The translations under genes and the position numbers were made by a program. From Mesotaenium endlicherianum (Eukaryota): DNA of 64,000 nucleotides. The notes below the pieces were generated by a model. The model saw only the letters and a list, made by a program, of their open reading frames with translations. It did not search any database and was not told where the DNA came from. Location of the stretch: the NCBI GenBank assembly GCA_009602735.1, contig WELA01003469.1:80166-144165 (forward strand), in the 5' to 3' direction. This document shows positions 52,017 to 64,000 of this stretch, piece by piece; the stretch's first letter is position 1, and each line of letters begins with the position of its first letter.

Positions 52017-55000
52017 ACAATACTCGCAAATCAAATGCAAGTAAACTAGTATCAATAACGCAATCAGTAAACTCATACACAAGCAAGGCTAAAAGACAGT
52101 GCGTATCAATGGCTTCTCGCCTTGGATTCAGATATCTCTCAGTAAGCAGTACAAGAGAGTTGGCCTTGTTTCCGAATGCCAAATTCAAGAGCAATACCTA
52201 GCATATGTACATAGAATGAGTTTACTGTTCAACGGCAAGTGGGATGGCACCGCCTACTTGGGAGTTGACCACGTCAGTAAGACCTCGGCTAACCAAATCC
52301 ACAGCCATCTCCCATCATCCCGAATCGCGATCCATCCTAAGGATGTCATCTGGCCATTCATCTAGCATATCACACTTAGATGCATATGTAGGCAATTTGC
52401 TGCTACCGAGTACGGAAGTCAGCTGGCTGTCTAAGAATGTATCAGCAAGCTGACCTAAGTTGACTTCAGCCTGCTGCTTTCAGCTAAGTCATTTAACTGA
52501 TGATTATATGAAGTCCAGCAGTTTGAATGTTAATTGAAATTCAGCAGGCTGAACTTGATAGTGAGTGAGTGAGGTCCCGGTGTGAGTGAATACAAGGGAA
52601 AATAGAGTTAGAGAGAAAGTGAGTGTGAGTGCAGGTCGAGTGTGTAATATGGTTATCAGAAATTCTCCTGCTGATCCCGAAACATAATACCACTCCCTCC
52701 AACTTAATTTTAAAGGTGGGCTGCCTGTCACAACTGTCACTAACTGTCACATCCCCCTCCAACTTACATGGAGACAGGACCTCCTATCACCTTCCCATGT
52801 CTACTGAAGGGACAATTTGGGCGGTGCCCAAGCCGCCCGACGGTGGAACCGTTTCAACACCCCTTGGGCATTGGTCAGCTGGTCATTAAACTCCCAAGTG
52901 TCCCCAGAGGCATCGTAACCCTTCCATCGGATGAGGTACTTCATGACATATTTAGACGATCGACGAACCGCGCGAGCATCTAAAATCTCATCGACCTCAT
53001 ATTCCTCAGGGTCGCCGTCCCGGACAGCGGGGACCGGTCTCGGTTGGACAGGGAACCGACCTGTGAACAGTGTATCACCTTTGATGTACGGTTCCAGGAA
53101 GGAGACATTAAAGACCGGGTGACCCTTGTATTCAGCTGACATGTTCAGTTTGTAAGCATTCTGACCGACACGACGGAACACCGAATATGGACCGACCCAG
53201 ACAGGGCCAAGCTTTTTCTTGACCACACCAGGGAGGTACAGGTGCTGAGAATGCAGTTTGACTAAATCGCCCTTAGAAAATGTCAGCTCCCGACGGTGTT
53301 GATTAGCGTATTTTTGTTGGTTTTCTTGGGCTTTGTGCAATTTTGTTGGACTTTTGACAGGGTGTCAGCATACTCCTGACTTAACTGGAGGGAGACCGGA
53401 TTGTCAATCCTTTCAAGGTTAATTAAAGACTCCCCCAGTACATTTAAAGGAGACTTAGGGACTCTATCCAGGCTGAGTTCAAAAGGAGTCTTGCCCGTTG
53501 ACGCGTGCACCGCACTGTTGACCGCAAACTGAATTTGAGGCAACAGGTCATCCCAATTATCTTGTTTTTGGTTAATATATGCTCTCAGCACCTTCTGCAG
53601 AACTCGGTTAGTTCTTTCAGTCTGCCCATCAGTCTGAGGGTGGTTTGCTGTGCTGAGCAGCTGTTTGACTCCCATTAACCCCATTAAAGCTCCCCAGAAC
53701 TTAGAGGTAAATTTTGAGTCTTGATCTGAGATGATATTAGAGGGTAGCCCATGTTGGCATACTACATGGTTGTAGAACTGTCTCGCTGTTTTGAGTGCAG
53801 TTACTTTGACATTTGTGGGGATGAAAATGACCATTTTTGTCATTTTATCCACGACTACCAGTATCGAATCATGCCCATTAGCGATTCGTGGCAGTGTGAC
53901 CATCCAGTCCATGGATATAGTTTCCCAGCGTCCCGCTGGGATGGGGAGCGGTTGCAAGAGACCTCCCGGTGGTGTGTGCCTAGACCTCTCGGGGCAACCC
54001 TCCCAATGATAATGTTTTGCCAGTTTGCCAACAGTTTTGGCCTGCCCCAAATGCCCACCCAGTAAATTGTCATGTGCTTGACGCAATAAAAGGGACCTTA
54101 TTTCCAAGTTATAAGGAATGACCAGCTTTAGCCTGCCTGAAGTGGTTTCAGTCACCCAGACCCCTCCTTTAAGTTTATACCCGAGTGCAGTAGCACGACA
54201 CACACCTTTAGTGGGGCTGGGCTCAAATGTTGGGTCAAAAAGGTAGGCTTTCCTAAGTTGTTCAAGGAAGGACTTGTTCACCTTTAGTGAAGTGAGTGCA
54301 CACAGGACTTTGTCTACAGCATGCTGACTAAAGCTCCTTTCTTGCAAGTCAGGTCTTGTAAAGAGTGCATCAGCAGGATTCAACTTCCCTAGTTTGTGGT
54401 CGATCTGGAGACAGACTGTGGTACTGGCCATTTGCTTATGGTCTGGACTTTCTTAGGGTCCACACTGATGCCCTCTTTACTGACAACGTGGCCTAAGAAT
54501 TCAATACTTTCCTTAAAGAAATCACACTTGCTCATTTTAGCATATAACTGATTTCTTCTGAGAATGTCCATGACTGTCTTTAAGTGTTCAGCGTGCTTGG
54601 TCTCATCTTTAGAGAATTTTAAAATATCATCCAGGAAAACTTGCACAAATTTATCCAAATGAAAATGTCATTCATAGCACCCCTGAAGATTGCGGGAGCA
54701 TTAGTTAGTCCAAATGGCATCACGTTGAACTCATAGTGTCCATAACGTGTGCGGAAGGCAGTCTTGTGTTCATCCCCTTCAGCAATTCTGATTTGATGAT
54801 AACCACTCTTGAGATCTATCTTACTGAACACCTTAGCACCAGACAGGGTATCAAGCAAGTCCTCAATCCCGGGTAAAGCATTCTTGTTCTTTACCATAAT
54901 TCTGTTCAGGGCTCTGTAATCCTCACACATCCGCATACTGCCATCCTATTTCTTAACAAATAGGATGGGTGCGCCGTAAGGTGATTTACTGGGAGAAATA

Positions 55001-57436
55001 TAACCATTTTCCTCAAGCTCTGCAATCTGTGTTTTCAACTCCTCGCTGTCCACATAAGACAAGCCATAAGTGCGTTGCCAAGGTGGCTGACTACCCGGTA
55101 ATAAATCAATCCTATGATCTACTTCCCTCTTAGGGGGTAGTCCTGGAGGCATATTAAATACATCCGTGTACTGAGCAACAATTTTTGCAGCAGTAGGGTG
55201 CTCCGGAGGGCTTACCTTTTTCTCCACCACTTCTTCAGGTTGAGGAGGTACCTCTCTTAGCAGCAGACAGAACATTCTGTCTTCCTTCTGGTTCCAGCTT
55301 TTGACGAACTCCATTGCATTCAGAAACTTGCATCCTTCTGGAAACCTCTTCTTTTCCTTCATTTGCCATCCACACAGGACAAGAGGAAGAGCACCGGTGG
55401 GTGCCAAGTCAGTCTGCCTATCATTGGCTCCTCTCACTTTAACTGTAACTCTGCTCCAACACACTTCAGCTTGATGTCTATTAAGCCAAGACCTGCCTAG
55501 CACAAGATCATCAAAGCCAGTGTTGAGTACCTCAAATGTTAGCGTACGTTAGAACTGCAATGCCAGAACCTAACTGGACCTCAATAGGCTTGGTTATAAC
55601 TCCTCCCGGGATACATGAGGCATCTCCAAGGAATATCTTTCTATTCCCTTGGGTGACAGTAGGCAGCCTTAGCCGCTTAACTAAGTCCTTGTGGATAAGA
55701 GTATGTGACGCCCCTCCGTCAACAAATGCCCTCACCTTCCTACCTGCAATCATGCAATGCAGTAGGATAGGGGGGACTGTCTTTTCCTGACTTTCGCATT
55801 GTTCTCCTGACGTAGCAAAGAAATGTTGGACATCAGGTGGAACAAGAGCATCCAGAGTGTGCACTCTCTGGATGTCTATATTGCTGATGGTCTCCTTTAT
55901 CTTGTTGTCAGGCATGCATAGTGAATCGCGTTCAGCAGGACCCATAATACCTGCTACGAGGGCAGCTAGTGACGACTCACTATCTCTAGCATCCTCACAG
56001 TCAGTAGACTGGATTACCAACTGTTGCTGTCTTTTAAAGGCAGGTCTTTTCTCTCGACTTTTGGGAGGTGCTTGTCTGGACACTACTCTCTGAAGTGACC
56101 TGGCTGCTGGCAATGGAAGCAAAACGATTTTGCTGAGGCTGGTCTCGGCTTAGTCCTACCACCACCTCTTCCATAGCCGCCTCGAGGGAAACCACCTCTA
56201 CCTCTAGACTGTATGGCATTATACTCATACTCATATCCATCACCCTGATCATCCTCGGCCTGGTCTCCTTCAATTGCATTGTAGGAGCCGTGGGGCTTCT
56301 TGAAAATCTTAGACACCAAAGCATTACTCTGGCGCTTGTGATTGAACTGCTGCTGATCCCAGGCATCAGCATCCTGGATCAAGTCAGCCAGTTTCTCATA
56401 CTTTTTCTCAGCGAAATGACCAGAGACTTCGGATTTCAAGCCATACCTGAAGTATGCTATCCTATACCGTTCTGGCAAGTCTGGCTGCTTCATCATGTTC
56501 TCCTGGAAGTTTTGAGCAAACTCAGCAACTGAAGTGGTCTGCTTCAGTGTCAGGAAGATCATCGCATAGATAGCTTTCTCCTGCTGATTGATCACATCAA
56601 ACTTCTCATGCAACTGCTCGACAAACTCTACCCACGTAGGGTCACCGAGTTGCCGAGCCTTACGCTCTCCTTTCCAGTATAGCCACCAGTCTGCGGCACT
56701 GCCTTTCAGTAGCGCACCGGTGTGCCTGACCTTCTCGTAATCTTGCAGTTCTAGGTAGTTCTCCAGCCACTGCTCAACATCCGCGAGAAACTTGATCAGG
56801 TAATATTTTCTGTTTCCCTCAGGATCATAGTCCTGGGGAGGTTTCGGCTTGGGCTTACTAGGCCCTCGGCCACCACCACTAGTGGTGTGAGACCCCAGTT
56901 GGTCTCTGTCCCGCAGTAGAGACATTANAGACATTATTATTCTTTTGTCCTCCTGTTGGGACTGATACATGGTCGCCATTTGCGACCGCATTTGAACGAA
57001 CAATGCTCTCCAGTCTACATTCTGGGGTGGTAGTCTAGCAAATGCAACAGCAGCATTGGCATCTACTCGCTGAGTAGTGTCCTCAACAGTCCCTCTCGCT
57101 GCTGCAGCAGCAATTCCTGCCGCATTCAGCCGGTCACGTATTTGACCTAGGGGTACGTTGAATTGTACAGCAGGAGGTGAGTTCAGAACATTGGCCCTTA
57201 TTGCCATAAGTTCTTCAGTTCGTTGCTACCGAGTACGGAAGTCAGCTGGCTGTCAAAGAATGTGTCAGCAAGCTGACTTAAGTTGACTTCAGCCTGCTGC
57301 TTCCGACTGAGTCATTAAACCGATATTAAATATAAAGTCCAGCAGATTGATTATTAACTAGAGTTCAGCAGGCTGAACTTATTTAATTGTTATATTTAAA
57401 TGAATATTATAACGACCACTATACTGATTCATTACA
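52017..57436 (-). mobile_element. Older, multiply deleted family A copy (partial 5' LTR 57217-57436, gag, pol lacking RNase H, ORF3 deleted, partial 3' LTR 52017-52560)
   Basis: ORFs 52801-57207; deletion junctions near 57217, 54410, 53990 and 52560; retains the ORF3b-type upstream spacer. Confidence 0.88.
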
Positions 57437-58704
57437 TGTGCACTTGACAGGTGATAAGAGACTTATTCCAACTAGAAATAAAAAGTGTCCAGTCCGGGTG
57501 TATTGTCCTAAGAAGCCTTACAAATTTGGCATTGAGTTGTTCACACTGGTTGATAGTGTCACATATTACTGCTGGGACTTTGTAGTATTTGACAAGGTCA
57601 AGAGACCTGGCGGAATTACCACTGTTGTTTTGGAGGTGGTCAGCACTTTGCCAGAGGGTGAGACTTACAGCTTTGTATTAGATAGAGGCTTCACAAGTCC
57701 TATACTTGTGAGAGCACTGTCAGAGCTTGGCCATGGAGCAACAGGCACAGTTGTAAATAGAATGCACTATCCTACTAAGCAGCTGGTCTTAGACATACGT
57801 GCAGGAGAGAAAGAGGCGGAGCTAGGGTCATTCACAACGCTCGTGTCAGAATGGCCTGAACAGGTAGCTGTAGTTTGGCAAGACAAGAAGCCTGTATCTC
57901 TTATATCTCTTGTATCTCTTGTATCTCTTGTCTAACTGTCGAGGTCTTACTGTAGTTGAGGTTGAGAGGAGACAGAAGGGAGGAGAGACTAAGACTATAG
58001 TTGCACCTGGAATTGTGAAGCACTATAACATTTACAAAGACGCGGTCGATCAGTTTGACAAGTTATGCTTGAGAGACAATTACTCTGTGGAGATCGAGCA
58101 GGTAGCTAGGAAGTGGTGGCAACGCCTGTATTGGGGCTTATTTGATGGTGCCATTGCTAATGCATACATACTGTATGAGCTGACCCACCCTGGTGCTGAC
58201 AGATACTTGTTCATGTTGCAACTAGTGAGAGAGATGTCGGAGGGAGTACATCCTCGCGACAGGCAGACCAGGTCAAGTGCAGAAGGAGCTGCCGGAGAGC
58301 AGAGGTGGACTGGGAGGCACTTTCTTAACAAGGTGAAGAAAGGAGAAAGGGCAAGCTGTGTGGTGTGTAGTGCTAAGTACTTTGACTTAGGCGCTGCAGC
58401 AAGGAAGAAGAGGTGCCAGTTCATGTGTATACCTTGTAATATTGCCTTACATCCCACTCCTTGCTTTGAAATTTTTCACACTACCAAAAACATAGAGCAT
58501 TTAGTTGTGGTAGGAAGAGGTTGCCCACTGGTGCTCCTAAACAGTAGCATAGATGAAAGGTGCATAACTCTAAGACTTCAATTTTTTTTTTACCTCACAC
58601 CATCTGCCATATACCAGATTTTCCGACGCGTCGGCCATAGAGCCATACATGACAAGACTCATAACTTTCGCTTTACATATTTTTGGTGCTTTCATGTTTC
58701 ATAG
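57437..58704 (+). pseudogene. piggyBac-family transposase, 5'-truncated and frameshifted, with a Cys-rich C-terminal domain
   Basis: YCPKKPYKFGIE, LDRGFTS, GTV..NR, WQDKKPV, YN..K.AVDQFD, KWWQRL, ANAYILY, CxxC..CxxC..LH...CF..FH; frameshift near the 9-bp tandem repeat at ~57893-57930. Confidence 0.9.
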
Positions 58705-59582
58705 TGCTTGTGTAAGGTATTCTAAGCATGCTTGAACTTGTTTCAATGATTTCCATCAAAAATTGTAAAAGTTAAGCACCAAACAATAAATCTGCATGAT
58801 GCATTTTCTAGATTCCTTATGGGACCAATGTAATGAATCAGTATATTAGTCGATATAATATTCATTTAAATATAATAGTTAATTAAGTTCAGCCTGCTGA
58901 ACTTTAGTTAATAGTCAGTCTGCTGGACTGTACATAATTATCAGTTTGCTGACTCAGTCGAAAGCAGCAGGCTGAAAGTCCATATAAGTCAGCTTGCTGA
59001 CACATTCTTTGACAGCAAGCTGACTTCCGTACTCGGTAGCAGCAAATTGCCTTGATATGCATCTAAGTGCGATATGCTAGATGAATAGCCAGATGACATC
59101 CCTATGATGGATGGCTATTCGGGATGATGGGAGATGGCGGTGGATTTGGTTAACCGAGGTCCTACCAACGTGGTTAACTCCCGGGTAGGCGGTGCCATCG
59201 CACTGACCGTTGAACAGTAAACTCATTCCATGTACATATGCTAGGCATTGCTCTCGAGTTCGGCATTCGGAAACGAGGCCAACTCTCTTGTACAGCTTAC
59301 TGAGAGAGATCTGAATCCAAGGCGAGAAGCCATTGATACGCACTGTCTTCTAACCTTGCTTATGTATGAGTTTACTGATTTGCATCATTGATGCTAGTTT
59401 ACTCGCATTTGACTTACGAGTATTATTCCCTGCTAGTGTATTGTCCTTTGCCGTTTAACTAGTTAACGGAAATACCATAAAGATTACTTGCTGATATAAA
59501 GATCTTTATTAATTGTTAATCGCCTATTTGGTAAGTCGATTCATTTCAGTGGTATCGGAGCAGTTATCACAGTCTTCTTTGT

Positions 59583-61061
59583 ATGGTAAGGACAAGGTCT
59601 CAAACTAGCAACTCCCGAGACATGGAGAACCAGGATAACGAGAATGTCGAAAACCAGGCGGAAAGCCATGTAGCGGGAAACCGTACCTATTCGGAAGCAG
59701 TAGCGGATACTGCAGCTAGGGAGGCTGCAGATGAGGCAGCTGCTATTGCCTCAGTCGCAGCTCAGCAAGCTGAGGAGGAGATAGCCAGACTAGAAGCTGA
59801 ACAAGTAGCAAAGGCCGCTGAAGATATACAAAGGAGGGAAGGACAGCCAGCTGACGAGCGCACTGTTGAAGAACTTATGGCATCAAGGGCCAATGTTCTG
59901 AACCCACCTCCTGCCGTACAACTCAATGTACCCCTAGGTCAAATACGTGACCGGCTGAATGCGGCAGGAATTGCTGCTGCAGGAGCAAGAGGGATTGTTG
60001 AGGACACTACTCAGCGAGTAGATGCCAATGCTGCTGCTGCATTTGCTAATCTACCACCCCAAAATGTAGACTTGGGAGCATTGTTCGTTCAGATGCAGTC
60101 GCAAATGGCGACCATGTATCAGTCCCAGCAGGAGGACAAAAGAATCATAATGTCCCTACTCCGGGACAGAGACCAACTGGGGTCTCACACCACTAGTGGT
60201 GGTGGCCGAGGGCCTAGTAAGCCCAAGCCGAAACCTCCCCAGGACTATGATCCTGAGGGAAACAGAAAATATTACCTGATCAAGTTTCTCGCGGATGTTG
60301 AGCAGTGGCTGGAGAACTACCCAGAACTGCAAGATTACGAGAAGGTCAGGCACACCGGTGCGCTACTGAAAGGCAGTGCCGCAGACTGGTGGCTTTACTG
60401 GAAGGAAGAGCGTAAGGCTCGGCAACTCGGTGACCCTACGTGGGTAGAGTTTGTCGAGAAGTTGCATGAGAAGTTTGATGTCATCAACCAGCAGGAGAAA
60501 GCTATCTATGCGATGATCTCCCTGACACTGAAGCAGACCACTTCAGTTGCTGAGTTTGCTCAAAAGTTCCAAGAGAACATGATGAAGCAGCCTGATTTGC
60601 CAGAACGGTATAGGATAGCATACTTCAGGTATGGCTTGAAATCCGAGGTCTCTGGTCATTTTGCTGAGAAAAAGTATGAGAAACTGGCTGACTTGATCCA
60701 GGATGCTGACGCCTGGGATCAGCAGCAGTTCAATCACAAGCGCCAGAGTAACGCTTTGGTGTCTAAGATTGTCAAAAAGCCCCACGGTTCCTACAATGCA
60801 GTTGAAGGAGACCAGGCTGAGGATAATCAGGGTGATGAATATGAGTATGAGTACAATGCTATTCAGTCTAGAGGTAGAGGTGGTCCCTCTCGAGGTGGCT
60901 ATGGAAGGGGTGGTGGTAGGACTAAGCCGAGACCAGCCTCAGCAAAATCTACTTGCTACCATTGTCAGCAGAAAGGCCACTACAGAGAACAGTGTCCGGT
61001 CAAGCACCTGCCTAAGGTCGAGAGAAAAGACCAGCCTTTAAAAGACAGCAACAGTCAGTAA
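59583..61061 (+). CDS. gag: Gag, 492 aa, intact
   Basis: Uninterrupted ORF with capsid-like region ([19 protein letters not shown]) and CCHC knuckle. Confidence 0.95.
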   Translation: MVRTRSQTSNSRDMENQDNENVENQAESHVAGNRTYSEAVADTAAREAADEAAAIASVAAQQAEEEIARLEAEQVAKAAEDIQRREGQPADERTVEELMASRANVLNPPPAVQLNVPLGQIRDRLNAAGIAAAGARGIVEDTTQRVDANAAAAFANLPPQNVDLGALFVQMQSQMATMYQSQQEDKRIIMSLLRDRDQLGSHTTSGGGRGPSKPKPKPPQDYDPEGNRKYYLIKFLADVEQWLENYPELQDYEKVRHTGALLKGSAADWWLYWKEERKARQLGDPTWVEFVEKLHEKFDVINQQEKAIYAMISLTLKQTTSVAEFAQKFQENMMKQPDLPERYRIAYFRYGLKSEVSGHFAEKKYEKLADLIQDADAWDQQQFNHKRQSNALVSKIVKKPHGSYNAVEGDQAEDNQGDEYEYEYNAIQSRGRGGPSRGGYGRGGGRTKPRPASAKSTCYHCQQKGHYREQCPVKHLPKVERKDQPLKDSNSQ

Positions 61062-64000
61062 TCCAGTCTACTGACTGTGAGGATGCTAGAGATAGTGAGT
61101 CGTCACTAGCTGCCCTCGTAGCAGGTATTATGGGTCCTGCTGAACTGGATTCACTATGCATGCCTGACAACCAGATAAAGGAGACCATCAGCAATATAGA
61201 CGTCCAGAGAGTGCACACTCTGGATGCTCTTGTTCCACCTGATGTCCAACATTTCTTTGCTACGTCAGGAGAACAATGCGAAAGTCAGGAAAAGACAGTC
61301 CCCCCTATCCTACTGCATTGCATGATTGCAGGTAGGAAGGTGAGGGCATTTGTTGACGGAGGGGCGTCACATACTTTTATTCACAAGGACTTAGTTAAGC
61401 GGCTAAGGCTGCCTACTGTCACCCAAGGGAATAGAAAAATATTCCTTGGAGATGCCTCAAGTATCCCGGGAGGAGTTATAACCAAGCCTATTGAGGTCCA
61501 GTTAGGTTCTGGCATTGCAGTTCTAACTGAAACGCTTACATTTGAGGTACTCAACACTGGCTTTTATGATCTCGTGCTAGGCAGGTCCTGGCTTAATAGA
61601 CATCAAGCTGAAGTGTGTTGGAGCAGAGGTACAGTTAAAGTGAGAGGAGCCAGTGATGGGCAGACTGACTTGGCACCCACCAGTGCTCTTCCTCTTGTCC
61701 TGTGTGGATGGCAAATGAAGGAAAAGAAGAGGCTTCCAGAAGGATGCAAGTTGCTGAATGCAATGGAGTTCGTCAAAAGCTGGAACCAGAAGGAAGACAG
61801 AATGTTCTGTCTGCTGCTAAGAGAGGTACCTCCTCAACCTGAAGAAGTGGTTGAGAAAAAGGTAAGCCCTCCGGAACACCCTACTGCTGCAAAAATTGTT
61901 GCTCAGTACACTGATGTGTTTAACATGCCTCCAGGACTACCCCCTAAAAGGGAAGTAGATCATAGGATTGATCTATTACCTGGTAGCCAGCCACCCTGGC
62001 AACGCACGTATGGCTTGTCTTATTTGGAGAGTGAGGAGTTGAAAACACAGATTGCAGAGCTGGAGGAAAATGGTTACATTTCTCCCAGTAAATCACCGTA
62101 CGGCGCACCTATCCTATTTGTTAAGAAAAAGGATGGCAGTATGCGGATGTGTGTGGATTACAGAGCCCTGAACAGAATTACAGTAAAGAACAAGTATGCT
62201 TTACCCAGGATCGAGGACTTGCTTGATACCTTGTCCGGCGCTATGGTGTTCAGTAAGATAGATCTCAAGAGTGGTTATCATCAAATCAGAATTGCTGAGG
62301 GGAATGAACACAAGACTGCTTTCCGCACACGTTATGGACACTATGAGTTCAACGTGATGCCATTTGGACTGACTAATGCTCCTGCTACCTTTATGGGTGC
62401 TATGAATGACAATTTCAGACCTTATTTGGATAAGTTTGTGAAAGTTTTCGTGGATGATATTTTAATTTTCTCTAAAGATGAAGCTCAGCACACTGAACAC
62501 TTTAAAACAGTCCTGGACACTCTGCGGAAAAATCACTTATATGCTAAAATGAGCAAGTGTGATTTCTTTAAGGAAAATATTGAATTCTTAGGACACGTTG
62601 TCAGTAAGGAAGGCATCAGGGTGGATCCTAAGAAAGTCCAGACCATACGGGACTGGCCAGTACCACAGTCTGTCTCTGAAGTTAGATCCTTCCTCGGGTT
62701 GGCTAACTACTATAGGAGATTTATTGAGAATTATTCCACAAAGGCCAGTAAACTGACTGACCTTACTAAGAAAGACATCGGGTATGTGTGGGGGGAAGAG
62801 CAGCAGGCTGCCTTCCAGACCCTTAAAGATGCCCTTTGTTCTGCCCCAGTGCTAGCCGTGTATGACCCCAGCAAACCGGTGCAGGTGGTTACTGATGCCT
62901 CTGATTTTGCCATGGGTGCTATTTTGTTGCAGCCTGCTGACAAAACCACAAAGGATGGTAAGGTACGGCAGGAGTGGCATCCTGTGTTGTATGAGTCTAT
63001 GAAATTTAATCCAGCGGAGATTAATTACTCAGTGCATGATAAAGAGCTGCTAGCTATCATTCATGTACTCAAACAGTGGAGAGCATACTTACATGGTAAA
63101 GCTTTTAAGGTGATTACAGATCATCTAGCTCTGACCCACTTTCAGAAGAAGTCCAAGCTGTCGAGGAGGGAGAACCGCTGGAGCCAGATGCTGGAGCAGT
63201 TCCAAGTCCAGATCGACTACAAACCAGGGAAGTTGAATCCTGCTGATGCACTCTCTAGAAGACCTGACTTGCAAGAAAGGAACTTTAGTCAGCATACTGT
63301 AGATAAAGTCCTGTGTGCACTCACTTCACTAAAGGTGAAAAAGTCCTTCCTTGAACAACTTAGGAAAGCCTACCTTTCTGACCCAACATTTGAGCCCAGC
63401 CCCACTACTGGTATGTGTCGTGCTACCGCACTCGGGTATAAGCTCAAGGGAGGGGTCTGGGTGACTGAAACCACTTCAGGCAGGCTGAAGCTGGTCATTC
63501 CTAATAATTTGGAAATAAGGTCTCTCTTACTGAGTCAAGCTCATGACAGTCTCCTGGGTGGACATTTGGGGCAGGCCAAAACTGTTGGCAAACTGGCAAA
63601 ACATTATCATTGGGAGGGGTTACCCCGGGAGGTCTTGAAATACGTCAAGTCCTGTGACCAGTGTCAGAGAAATAAGTCTCGGCACACACCACCCGGAGGT
63701 CTCCTGCAACCGTTGCCCATCCCAGCGGGACGCTGGGAAACTATATCCATGGGCTGGGTGGTCTCACTACCAAGAACTGCCAACGGGCATGATTCAATAC
63801 TGGTAGTTGTGGATAAACTGACAAAGATAGTCATTTTTATCCCCACAACTGTCGAAGTGACTGCACTCGAAACAGCCAGACACTTATACAACCATGTAGT
63901 ATGCCAACATGGGCTCCCTTCTAATATCATCTCAGACAGAGACTCAAAATTCACCTCTAAGTTCTGGAGAGCTTTAATGGGGTTAATGGGAGTCAAACAG
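61037..64000 (+). CDS. pol: Pol (-1 frame), apparently open to the window end
   Basis: Heptamer at 61037-61043 and hairpin at 61051-61078; PR, RT (FVDD), RH and integrase N-part; no stop noticed. Confidence 0.88.

Larger units (their letters stand above)
58829..64000 (+). mobile_element. Young family A copy running off the window: 5' LTR 58829-59548, PBS 59550-59561, gag, pol
   Basis: Intact termini; left flank ACCAA is the expected TSD. Confidence 0.95.

Overview
Eukaryotic nuclear DNA, most likely from a green plant-lineage organism (streptophyte-alga-like; this is inference). A ~12.5 kb gene island (~26.8-39.4 kb) holds two convergent intron-containing host genes: a 3-exon plant-type gene with WDLL/GTGVFLP/LPxEWxY motifs (+) and a 7-exon exosome subunit RRP42 (-). 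Both flanks are stacks of nested Ty3/Gypsy LTR retrotransposons. The dominant family ('A') is a chromovirus with ~720-bp LTRs (TGTAATGAATC...GATTCATTTCA), a tRNA-iMet PBS, gag, a -1 frameshift signal and PR-RT-RH-INT-chromodomain pol. It also carries an extra ~550-aa sense gene (ORF3) between pol and the 3' LTR. ORF3 has its own ~105-nt 5'-UTR intron and occurs as two deeply diverged variants on near-identical gag-pol backbones; this is the most interesting system here. Also present: solo LTRs of three families with TSDs, two other decayed gypsy elements, a piggyBac transposase relic, a mitochondrial LSU rRNA plus group I intron (L2593) fragment inside an LTR, and a stem-loop with a palindromic loop conserved between two LTR families. 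All comparisons were made by eye; no database searches were run.
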